Assembly: GCA_963815115.1 (NCBI GenBank)
Contig: CAWFFN010000005.1
Coordinates: 352,001 to 416,000 of the forward strand
Direction: 5' to 3'
Source of the DNA: an uncultured delta proteobacterium
GTDB taxonomy: Bacteria; Desulfobacterota; Binatia; DP-6
DNA: 64,000 bases
Below the pieces are notes generated by a model. The model was not told the DNA's origin, made no database searches, and was given only the letters and a program-made list of their open reading frames with translations. How positions within the stretch are numbered: the first letter of the stretch is position 1; each line of letters opens with the position of its first letter. Positions 47,789 through 56,298 of the stretch are shown piece by piece. The position numbers and the translations under genes were made by a program.

Positions 47789-48958
47789 TCAGGTGCGGCT
47801 GCGCTCGGTCGCCTCGATCCAGCGTTCGAGCATGCTGCGCTGCCGGAACAGATCGTGCTCCGGGCGTGCATCGACGCCGTTCACGATCGGATGCTTGAAG
47901 AAGAGCGACAGCTGCTCCTGCGGCCCGGCGGCCCCGGCGCGCGCGGCCCGGTCGAGCAGGCGCGCCGCATCGATCGCGAGCGGGGCGGCCAGCACCGAGT
48001 CCCCGCCCAGGAGATTCACCTTGAGCTGCATCGGGACACCGCAGAACCCGATGAAATCGATGTTGTCCCACGATTCCTTGAAGTCGCCGCGCGGGCCATA
48101 GTACCGGATGTCGACGATGTGGTTCTCGACCGGGTAGCCGAGGATGGCGTCCAGGACGCCGAGCTTGTTGTGGAGCTTCTCCACGGCGCGCTGCGGATGC
48201 GAGAGATTCTCGCCATCGGCGTTCCCGAGGTAGTTGGCGCTGATCCAGCCACGGACCTGGAGCCCGCGCAGCGCGAACATGGGTGCGAGCACGGTCTTCA
48301 GCAGCGTCTGACCGGTCTTGCCGTCCTTGCCGCAGAAGGGCGTGCGCTCGCGTCGCGCCAGCGCACGCAAGGCCGGCAGCTCGGCGCTCACGTTCGAAGT
48401 GAAGTTCAGGTACGGAATCCTGTTCGAGAGCGCCAGCCACGCATACACCATCGACGGTGTGATCGCGGGGTCGTCGGTGAGGAGCGCCCGCTCGAATGCG
48501 TCGAGGTCGTCGTGGACGTCGGATGCGACGGGCGTCTCCACCGCGGGCAGGACGTCGACCAGGACCAGGTCGTGGCCGCCGGCGCGGAGGGTTCGCAGGT
48601 GCTCGCGAGCGCTGCGCAACGCGTCGGCGCGGCGTCCGGCGATTGCGGGCAGCGGGCGCGTCTGCTCCAGCTCGGCCGCCACGGTCCGGACGAGCTCCGG
48701 AGGCACGACGCCCTTCTCGCGCACCGACTCCACCAGCGGCCGCGTGTCGAGGTCCCAGCCCATGACGTGGATGGAGGAGAGCGGCGCGAGCCCGAGTCGG
48801 GTAGCGGGCGACGTGGCGGGCCCCGAGCCGGGCGGCCAGGGAAGCTCGGTCAAGAGTCCGGCGGGGTCGGCGTGACGCTGGAGCCCCGCGAGCCCCGCGG
48901 CGATGGTGGTCCCGATGCACCCCGAGATTCCCGCTACGGCGAGCGTCAGCCCCTTCAT
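47789..48958 (-). CDS. ino1: myo-inositol-1-phosphate synthase
   Basis: GWD, GKDGKTGQTLLK, YLGNADG, KESWDNIDF, DSVLAAPL.ID, FFKHP. Confidence 0.88.
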   Translation of the reverse strand: MKGLTLAVAGISGCIGTTIAAGLAGLQRHADPAGLLTELPWPPGSGPATSPATRLGLAPLSSIHVMGWDLDTRPLVESVREKGVVPPELVRTVAAELEQTRPLPAIAGRRADALRSAREHLRTLRAGGHDLVLVDVLPAVETPVASDVHDDLDAFERALLTDDPAITPSMVYAWLALSNRIPYLNFTSNVSAELPALRALARRERTPFCGKDGKTGQTLLKTVLAPMFALRGLQVRGWISANYLGNADGENLSHPQRAVEKLHNKLGVLDAILGYPVENHIVDIRYYGPRGDFKESWDNIDFIGFCGVPMQLKVNLLGGDSVLAAPLAIDAARLLDRAARAGAAGPQEQLSLFFKHPIVNGVDARPEHDLFRQRSMLERWIEATERSRT

Positions 48959-49170
48959 CCACCTGTCCCGTCTGGCTTCGCTTCTCCGCTTCCGAACGAC
49001 CACGGCCGCGTCCCTGCCAGCGGACCCGGCCCTCGTCTCCCGGCGCACCTTGCACGCGGTGATGGGTATTGGCAACACTCGCAGGCGGGGGATGAGACGG
49101 TCGGGCGGAGGAGGGCGAGCCGGCCGTCGGTTTCCGGGCCTGCTGGGCTTCTGGTATCAGCCAGGCCAGC

Positions 49171-50113
49171 ATGGGCGAGTCGGCGGGGGTGGATCTCCAC
49201 GGGCTCGCGCGCTCCTTCGGTGAGGTCGAGGCGGTGCGCGGCGTGTCGCTGCACATCGACGAAGGAGAGACCGTGGGGCTGCTGGGTCCCAACGGCGCGG
49301 GCAAGACCACCACGCTCTCGATGCTGGCCGCCCTGCTTCCGCCGTCGTCGGGTGACGCGGAGATCTTCGGAGCCAGCCTGCGCCGCGAGGCGTGGACGGT
49401 GCGCCGCCTGGTCGGCCTCGCACCCCAGGACGTCAGTCTCTATCCCGAGCTGACGGCGGACGAGAACCTGCGCTTCTTCGGCCGGCTCTACGGCCTCGGC
49501 GGAGCGCGGCTGCGGGAGCGCGCGGACGAGCTGCTCGACCTCGTCGGCCTCCTGCCGCGCCGCCACGACCGGGTCGCGACGTACTCGGGAGGCATGAAGC
49601 GCCGGCTCAACCTCGCCTGTAGCCTGCTGCATGCGCCCCGGCTGCTGCTGCTGGACGAGCCCACGGTGGGCGTGGATCCCCAGTCGCGGGACAGGATCTT
49701 CGACGCCATCCGGGAGCTGGCACGACGTGGACGGACCATCCTCTACTCGACCCACTACATGGAGGAGGCCGAGCGCCTGTGCGACCGCATCACCATCATG
49801 GACGAGGGACGCCTCGTCGCCGCCGGGACGCTCGGCGAGCTCCTCCAGATCCCTCGGCATGGGAGAGATCATCGACCTGATCGGCCTCGGCGAGGAGCTC
49901 GGCGACGGCCAGCTGGCGTCGATCCCCGGCGTCACCAAGATCGAGCGGAATGAGCGCTCGACCCGCATCTTCGTCGAGAGCGCCGCGCGCGCGCTCCCGG
50001 CGATCGCGGCCGTCGTGGCCCGGGGCGGCGAGAGACTCCGGGGCGTGCAGATCTATCCCGTGGACCTCGAGCGCGTCTTCTTGCACCTCACCGGGAAGCA
50101 CCTGCGGGACTGA
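49171..50113 (+). CDS. ABC-2 type ATP-binding protein; apparent +1 frameshift at ~49851
   Basis: GPNGAGKT, YSGGMKRR, LLDEPTVG, STHYMEE; the C-terminal DLERVFLHLTGKHLRD lies in another frame after ATCCCTC. Confidence 0.85.
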
Positions 50114-50121
50114 CGACGTCG

Positions 50122-50724
50122 ATGCGCGCGATCGGCCGCACCACCGCCCTGGCGGTCCTGCTCGCCTGCGCGGCGTACGGCGACGTCGCGCCGCCGGGCG
50201 GCGCCGTGGACGCGGTCCGTGACACGCTCGCGAAGGCGCGCACCGTCGTGCTGACGTCCGACTCTCACGAGCAGAAGCTCGAGGCCCTGCACGACCTGGC
50301 GCGCCATCTGATGGACACCCGCGCCATGGGACGCCGGGCGATCGGCCCGCGGCTCGCGGAGCAGTCCGAGGCGCAGCAAGAGGAGTTCCTGAAGCTCTTC
50401 GACGAGCTGATCGTGCGGTCCTATCTGCAGAAGCTGCTCTTCTTCCGCCAGCCGCGCTTCGCCTTCGGCAAGGAAGAGACCGGGCAGGACACGGTGATCG
50501 TGCACACCCGCATCGTCACCGACAAGGACGAGTTCTTCGTCGACTACGAGATGCACCAGCGCGACGGCGCGTGGGTCGCCTCGGACATCGTCGTCGAGAA
50601 CATCAGCCTGGCGCAGAACTATGCGCAGCAGTTTCAGGAGCTGCTGCGAACGCGTTCCTTCGACGCGCTGCTCGAGCTGATGCGTGGCAAGGTGGCGGGG
50701 CTCCGCGCCAAGAGCGACTCGTGA
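50122..50724 (+). CDS. MlaC/Ttg2D family periplasmic lipid-binding protein
   Basis: Signal peptide; MGRRAIG, VDYEM, W...DIVVENISL.QNY..QF. Confidence 0.85.
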   Translation: MRAIGRTTALAVLLACAAYGDVAPPGGAVDAVRDTLAKARTVVLTSDSHEQKLEALHDLARHLMDTRAMGRRAIGPRLAEQSEAQQEEFLKLFDELIVRSYLQKLLFFRQPRFAFGKEETGQDTVIVHTRIVTDKDEFFVDYEMHQRDGAWVASDIVVENISLAQNYAQQFQELLRTRSFDALLELMRGKVAGLRAKSDS

Positions 50725-51812
50725 GCCTGCTCGCCATCGCGCTGAAGGACCTCAGGCTCATCGCCCGGGACCGCGTCGCGCTCCTCTTCACGGTCCTCGT
50801 GCCCATCGTCGTGATCACCATCGTGGCCGAGACCCTCGGCGGACACGCCGGCGGGTCGATCGTCCTGCCGGTCGTGAACGACGACGGCGGCCCGGTCGCG
50901 GAGGTGCTGACCGAGACACTCCGCAAGCACGTCGAGGTGATGGAGGTCGACCGCGCCCGGGCCGAGGCGCTGGTCGGGAGCGAGAAGCGCGCCGCGGCGG
51001 CCCTCGTGCTGCCCGAGCGTCTCAGCAAGCGCTATCTGGGCGGGCAGCCGTCGACCCTCACGCTCCTCACCGATCCGGCGAAAGGGGCCGAGGTCAACAC
51101 CCTGAAAGCCTACCTCATGCTCGCCGACAGCGAGGCAGCGGCACTGGCGGACCCGCTCTCGGAAAAGCTCCTGGTACTGGACGAGCACAACCTCACCGGC
51201 ACGCGCCTCACGACGTCCTCCTTCGAGCAGAACGTCCCCGGGTTCAGCGTGATGTTCGTGCTGATGAGCATGCTCTTCGGGGTCGCCTTCGGCCTGCGCG
51301 ACGAGCTCGACTGGGGTACGGTCACGCGGCTGCGGATGGCGCCGATCGGGCGCGGCACGCTGCTCGGCGGCAAGCTGCTGGCGCGCTACGCCGTCGGTGT
51401 GGTGCAGATGCTCCTCCTCTTCGTGTTCGGCCACTACGCGTTCGGCGTCTCGCTCGGTCCGTCGATCCTCGGCTTTCTGGCGCTGACGCTCGTGGTCGTC
51501 TTCTGCATGACCTCGTTCAGTCTTCTCGTGGCGACGTTCGCCCGCACGCGGGAGCAGATCATTCCGATCGGTCTCACGGTCGTCATGCTGGTGTGCGCCA
51601 TCGGAGGGTGCTGGTGGCCGCTGTTCATGGAGCCCCGGTGGCTGCAGCAGGTTGCCCATGCCACGCCGACGGCGTGGGCGATGGACGGCCTCAGCGACCT
51701 CATTCTGCGGGATCGGACGCTGCTGGGGATCGCCCCCACCCTGGCCGCGCTGCTCGCCTATGGTCTCGTGTGCCTCGGCCTGGGAGCCCGGCTCTATCGG
51801 CTCGGGGACTGA
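50721..51812 (+). CDS. ABC-2 type permease
   Basis: IALKDLRLIARDR, VPGFSVMF, RLRMAP, GGCWWP, TPTAWAMDG. Confidence 0.88.
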   Translation: MSLLAIALKDLRLIARDRVALLFTVLVPIVVITIVAETLGGHAGGSIVLPVVNDDGGPVAEVLTETLRKHVEVMEVDRARAEALVGSEKRAAAALVLPERLSKRYLGGQPSTLTLLTDPAKGAEVNTLKAYLMLADSEAAALADPLSEKLLVLDEHNLTGTRLTTSSFEQNVPGFSVMFVLMSMLFGVAFGLRDELDWGTVTRLRMAPIGRGTLLGGKLLARYAVGVVQMLLLFVFGHYAFGVSLGPSILGFLALTLVVVFCMTSFSLLVATFARTREQIIPIGLTVVMLVCAIGGCWWPLFMEPRWLQQVAHATPTAWAMDGLSDLILRDRTLLGIAPTLAALLAYGLVCLGLGARLYRLGD

Positions 51813-51832
51813 GCGTCGCCGGCGTCGCAGCG

Positions 51833-52939
51833 TCAGTGGGACGCCCGGCGCCGGAGCACTCTCTCGACCGCGGGCGCGAGCGCGGCCGCCACGCGGCGGC
51901 TTCCCTCCGCGGTGGGATGGAGTGAATCGAGGAACTCGTCCGGGCCGAGGAGGTCGTGCAGGTCGACGTACTCGAACCCGCGCGCCGCGCTCTCGGCGCG
52001 CAGCCACTCCAGGAACTCGGTCAGCCTCGCCGTGGAGGTCCGGAGGTTGTAGCAGGCGCCGCTCGGCTCGTGATTCACGGGCCAGTGCGCCACGACCACG
52101 TCGATGCCGCGCGTCCGCCGCAGCTCCTCCAGGTAGGCGAGGACGTTCCAGCTCGCCCACGCCTTGTCGCGTTCCTCGTTGGCCAGCGTCGTCGCGCAGT
52201 CGTACGTCGCGGGTTTCCGAGGCGGCGGCTGTGCCGGCTCGTCGAACCGTCCGGTCAGGAGACGGATGCCGTCCTCTCCGCCCGCACGCACGATCGCCCG
52301 GGAGAGCGCCCCGAGCTGGCGCAGATGACCGGTCGCGAGCGATGTCCCGGGGATCCCGGAGAGCCAGAGATTGTAGCGCCAGATCGGCTCCTCCAACCCG
52401 GGCAGCGGGTCGTTCACGAGCGCCTCGACCGCCCCGGAGTTGTCCAGGAAGAAGTCGATCAAGCCAGGATACACGGCGGGCGCGACGTGGACGAACTCCG
52501 TGATGGTGAGCGGATAGACGATGACCGCGGGATCGTAGGGCAGGGCCGCGCGCACGATCAGGGCGTCTTGCAGCTGGTAGGTATTGACGAAGCCGAGGTT
52601 GAAGGCGCGCGCCGGGAGGCCATGCGCGACCAGCAGGCGGTCGAGCTCGGCGGGCACTGCTTGGTTCGCCGGGAGCGGGAACCCGAACGACACGCTGCTC
52701 CCGACGACCACGACGCGCTGCTCCTGCGGGCGATCGCGCGCGTGGCGGCAGAGCGTGTGCTGGCGCAGCAGGGGCGGGAGCCAGAAGACCTCGGGTGAGG
52801 GCAGCGGTTGCAGCCGCGCGCCGCCCTCGAACAGACCGGGCAGACACCAGCGCGGCGTCGCGGCCGCCGGTGACGACAGGAGACACGCCAGCGTGGCGAT
52901 CGCGACGAGCCCTGAGCGCGGGCGCTCAGAACGCGACAT
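51833..52939 (-). CDS. SGNH-hydrolase-like (DltD/AlgJ-type) membrane-anchored acyltransferase
   Basis: N-terminal TM/signal; VVGSSV (block I Ser) and FLDSLHP (DxxH). Confidence 0.75.
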   Translation of the reverse strand: MSRSERPRSGLVAIATLACLLSSPAAATPRWCLPGLFEGGARLQPLPSPEVFWLPPLLRQHTLCRHARDRPQEQRVVVVGSSVSFGFPLPANQAVPAELDRLLVAHGLPARAFNLGFVNTYQLQDALIVRAALPYDPAVIVYPLTITEFVHVAPAVYPGLIDFFLDNSGAVEALVNDPLPGLEEPIWRYNLWLSGIPGTSLATGHLRQLGALSRAIVRAGGEDGIRLLTGRFDEPAQPPPRKPATYDCATTLANEERDKAWASWNVLAYLEELRRTRGIDVVVAHWPVNHEPSGACYNLRTSTARLTEFLEWLRAESAARGFEYVDLHDLLGPDEFLDSLHPTAEGSRRVAAALAPAVERVLRRRASH

Positions 52940-53051
52940 AGATGAAGGGAGGCGCATTCGGCTTCCAGAGCGCGAGCACCGCCAGCAGCATGAGGCCGTA
53001 GAGGACGACGCGGCCGGCGGCGCGGAGGAGACGGGTGCGGGACGGGTTCAT
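52926..53051 (-). CDS. DltX-like small membrane peptide (41 aa)
   Basis: MNPSRTRLLRAAGRVVLYGLMLLAVLALWKPNAPPFIYVAF*: one TM helix, C-terminal FIYxxF; overlaps both neighbours. Confidence 0.75.
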   Translation of the reverse strand: MNPSRTRLLRAAGRVVLYGLMLLAVLALWKPNAPPFIYVAF

Positions 53052-54229
53052 CCGAGCGTGAGGAGCGTGGCGGTCTGGTGAAGAACGACCCGCGGCGGGT
53101 AGAAGAAGATGAGCCAGCCGTAGCTGACGAACCCGAAGCAGACGGCCTGGCGTAGGCGGTTGCGCACCGGACCGTCGGCGAACAGCCCGGGGCGGGTTCG
53201 CCGGAGCGCCGCTTCCCCCGCGAGCCCGGCCCCGTGGTACACGCCCCAGACGGCGAAGTGCCACGCGGCCCCGTGCCAGAGCCCGCACACCGCCATGGCG
53301 GTCAGCAGGTTGAAAGCGCGGTGCCGGCGGTTGCCGCCCAGCGGGACGTACACGTAGTCACGGATCCACGAGCTGAGGCTCATGTGCCAGCGACGCCAGA
53401 AGTCGCGCAGGCTGGTTGCGCCGTACGGCCGGTCGAAGTTCTCCGGGACGCGCAGCCCGAGGGTGCCGGCGAGCCCGATCGCCATGTCGCTGTAGCCGTC
53501 GAAGTCGTAGTAGATGCGGAGACCTTGCAGCACCGCCAGCATGGCGACCAGCCCCGACGTAGGGCTGGTCTGCTGCTCGATCAGCTTCACCCATTCGACG
53601 ATCAGGTCGGCGACGCAGACCTTCTTGAAGAGCCCGAGGACCACGCGGCGCACGCCCGACCAGAAGACGTCCGGACTGGGTCGGGCCAGCGTCGCGAGCT
53701 GGGGAACGAAATCCGGGAAGCGCTTGATCGGGCCGGCCGCCAGGGTGGGGAAGAAGAAGGCGAACACGGCGAAATGGAGCGGATTGCGCACCGGCTGCCG
53801 TCCCGTGACGCGGACCTCGTACAGGTAGTGGACGAACTCGAAGGTGAAGAACGAGATGCCGAGCGGAGCGGCCGGGCCCATCCAGCCGAGCAGGGGACGG
53901 GGAGGGTCGGTTCCGGTCCAGACCGCGAGATGGATAAAGGTGTCGCGGACCAGGTTCGAGTACTTGTAGGTCACGAGCGTTGCGACACAGAGGCAGATCG
54001 CGAACGCAGGGAGCGACCACCGGCCGACCCGCGTCGACGTGAGCGCCGCCGCCCAGGAGAGCGTCGCCAGGGTGGTGACGACCAGCACGCCGCCCACCCC
54101 GCCGAAGTGGAAGTAGAAGGTGAGGCTCGTCGCGAGCAGCCACCAGACCCGGAGCGCCTGCGGCAGGAGCAGGAAGCCGGTGACGGCGACGGCGGCGAAG
54201 GTCCAGAACCAGGGCTCGAGAAAGAGCAT
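53048..54229 (-). CDS. MBOAT family O-acyltransferase (DltB/AlgI-like)
   Basis: PLGISFFTF, AGPI.R, DFDGYSDMAIG, ENFDRPY, DFWRRWHMSLS, GLWHGA. Confidence 0.92.
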   Translation of the reverse strand: MLFLEPWFWTFAAVAVTGFLLLPQALRVWWLLATSLTFYFHFGGVGGVLVVTTLATLSWAAALTSTRVGRWSLPAFAICLCVATLVTYKYSNLVRDTFIHLAVWTGTDPPRPLLGWMGPAAPLGISFFTFEFVHYLYEVRVTGRQPVRNPLHFAVFAFFFPTLAAGPIKRFPDFVPQLATLARPSPDVFWSGVRRVVLGLFKKVCVADLIVEWVKLIEQQTSPTSGLVAMLAVLQGLRIYYDFDGYSDMAIGLAGTLGLRVPENFDRPYGATSLRDFWRRWHMSLSSWIRDYVYVPLGGNRRHRAFNLLTAMAVCGLWHGAAWHFAVWGVYHGAGLAGEAALRRTRPGLFADGPVRNRLRQAVCFGFVSYGWLIFFYPPRVVLHQTATLLTLG

Positions 54230-54290
54230 GCGGTGGGGTGCCGGCGGCGCGGAGTCGTCGGGGCGCGCGACCTCGGGCGATCGCGGTGGC

Positions 54291-55502
54291 TCAGGCCGCG
54301 GGAAGCCGGTACAGCTCGGCGGCGTTGAGCCCGAGGATGCGTGCGCGTTCCGCGTCGGTGAGGCTTTTGGTCGCCGCGCGCAGCTCGCTCACCACGCCGG
54401 GTATCTTGGCGTCGGGGTGCGGGTAGTCGCTCGCCCAGATGATCCGGTCGGCGCCCACGAGCGGGCTCCGGGCCGTGAAGGCCAGCGTGGATTCGTCGGG
54501 ATCGAACGAGATCCAGCACTGGCGCCGGAAGTACTCCGATGGCTTCATCTTCATCCACGGAACGTCGAAGCCGAAGATCTCGTAGTGATGATCGAGGCGC
54601 TCGAGCCAGGGGACGATCCAGCCGCCGTTCGCCTCCAGGAAGATCACCTTGAGACGCGGGAAGCGTTCGAGGACGCCCCCGCAGACCATCACCGTCAGCG
54701 TCTCCATCATGTCGAACGGGTTCGAGATGGCCTGGCTGAAGAAGACGTTCGCCATGTTGCGGATCGGGCTGGCCTCGTCGGCGCGGTCGAAATCGGTTCC
54801 CTCCGCCTTGAACTGGTAGTAGCCGAGCGCGCGGCAGGCGCCTGGCATGTCCGGTGCGAGGAAGGGGTGCAGGCCGATCGGCAGATCGAGCTCCTGGCAG
54901 ACGTCCCAGATCGGGTCGTAGACCGGGTCGTTGAACTTCTTGCCGTCGACCGAGGGGTTGGGACGCAGGAACACGGCCACGTGACCACGCTCCCGGGCGC
55001 GCCGGATGACACGGACCGATCGCTCGACGTTCTGCTGCGGCACGGCGCCCACCGCGAACAGGCGCCGCGGAGAGGCGGCGCAGTAGTCGGTGAGCCAGTC
55101 GTTGTAGGCGTCGGCCTGCACCTCGGCGAACTCGTGGTCGCGGAGCGAGGGCAGCCCCAGCAGCATGGTCGGGTAGAGCACCGACTGCGAGATGTCGTCG
55201 AGGTCCATGTCGCGCAGCCGGGGCAGCGGCTCGAAGGCGCCGGAGCGGACGTCGGAGTAGCGGATCTCGCCGCGCCGGGCGCGATCGCGGTCCTCCGCCG
55301 ACATCCCGCCCGCCCCGGCGAGGGCCATGCCGCGGGTGGGACGCTCGTGGCCGTTGTAGCGCAGCCATTCGCTGCCGTCCGGCTTGACGACGATCTGCCA
55401 GATGCGGTCGCGGAAGCGTGCGGGCGCGCGCTCCGCCATGCCGGCCGGCGGCTCGAGCACGTGCCCGTCGGCGTCGACGATGCGGACTCCGTTCTGCGAC
55501 AT
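54291..55502 (-). CDS. Amidohydrolase_2 family protein
   Basis: IVDADGHVLEP, YNDW, GGVLERFPRLK, WASDYPHPD. Confidence 0.9.
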   Translation of the reverse strand: MSQNGVRIVDADGHVLEPPAGMAERAPARFRDRIWQIVVKPDGSEWLRYNGHERPTRGMALAGAGGMSAEDRDRARRGEIRYSDVRSGAFEPLPRLRDMDLDDISQSVLYPTMLLGLPSLRDHEFAEVQADAYNDWLTDYCAASPRRLFAVGAVPQQNVERSVRVIRRARERGHVAVFLRPNPSVDGKKFNDPVYDPIWDVCQELDLPIGLHPFLAPDMPGACRALGYYQFKAEGTDFDRADEASPIRNMANVFFSQAISNPFDMMETLTVMVCGGVLERFPRLKVIFLEANGGWIVPWLERLDHHYEIFGFDVPWMKMKPSEYFRRQCWISFDPDESTLAFTARSPLVGADRIIWASDYPHPDAKIPGVVSELRAATKSLTDAERARILGLNAAELYRLPAA

Positions 55503-55542
55503 GGGGATCTCCTTGCGAGGAGCGCGGCGGTCGGCGCGCCAG

Positions 55543-56190
55543 TCAGCGAGCGTGGTCGCGCGGGTCGTCGGAGGTGAAGAGCTTCGCCAGCGCGGCCTTC
55601 AGGAACTGGCGCTGGCGCTGCACGGCTGCCGGGCCGCACGGGTCCTGCTGCGTCACCGCCTCGAACAGCGCGGCGCTCGCGAAGTAGCCGAAGATGAGCA
55701 GATAGAGCGCGGTGGCGAGGTGCGGCAGGTCGGCGGGCTGCCACGAGCCGCCGCGCTCCGCGAGCAGGTCCACTCCCTGCTGGTAGAGCGGCCGCAGCAG
55801 GCGGGGAACCGCGCTCGGCAGGTAGCGCCGATCCTCGAGCGCGGCGCGCTGGATCAGTCGCGGGAGATGCGGGTGGTCGGCCAGGTAGACGACCAGCCGA
55901 TCGACGACGGCTTCGCCGTAGCCGGCGGGCCCGGTCTCCTCGGCGCTCTCCGCGACGAGGGCGAGGATCGGCTCGAGGCCGCGCGCGAGCACGGCCTCGT
56001 ACAGCGCGCGCTTGTGGCGGAAGTGGTGATAGAGGCTCGCCTGGTTGCGCAGCCCGGCCTCGGAGGAGATCTCGCGCACCGACACCGCGGTGAAGCCGCG
56101 CTCCGCGAAGCGCCGCTCGGCGGCGTCGAGGATGGCGTCGCGCGTGGAGGGGGCGTCGGCGCCCCTGGCGGCAGCAGCGCGGCGACTCAT
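55543..56190 (-). CDS. TetR/AcrR family regulator (paralog of 5014-5709)
   Basis: TRDAILDAAERRF...SLYHHF..KRALYEAVLARGL.PI. Confidence 0.92.
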   Translation of the reverse strand: MSRRAAAARGADAPSTRDAILDAAERRFAERGFTAVSVREISSEAGLRNQASLYHHFRHKRALYEAVLARGLEPILALVAESAEETGPAGYGEAVVDRLVVYLADHPHLPRLIQRAALEDRRYLPSAVPRLLRPLYQQGVDLLAERGGSWQPADLPHLATALYLLIFGYFASAALFEAVTQQDPCGPAAVQRQRQFLKAALAKLFTSDDPRDHAR

Positions 56191-56298
56191 CGCGACGACG
56201 CGTGCCCCTTGCGTGGGTGCTCGAGCGTGTCCGTCCGGTCGCGCATCGCCAAGGCCGTGGTTCTCTCTGACCCATTCGGGCTGGCTGCGCCAGCCGGG

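Noticed and set aside
25628-48958. Aromatic type II PKS, aryl polyene or housekeeping fab operon
   Set aside because: No cyclases/aromatases, no Ape-type glycosyltransferase/LolA/MMPL set, and no fabD/fabH/plsX/fabI; four B12-rSAMs do not fit these classes.
49060-49085. Sigma-54 promoter in the ino1/ABC divergent region (TTGGCAACACTCGC)
   Set aside because: GG-to-GC spacing is 8 nt, not the required 10.
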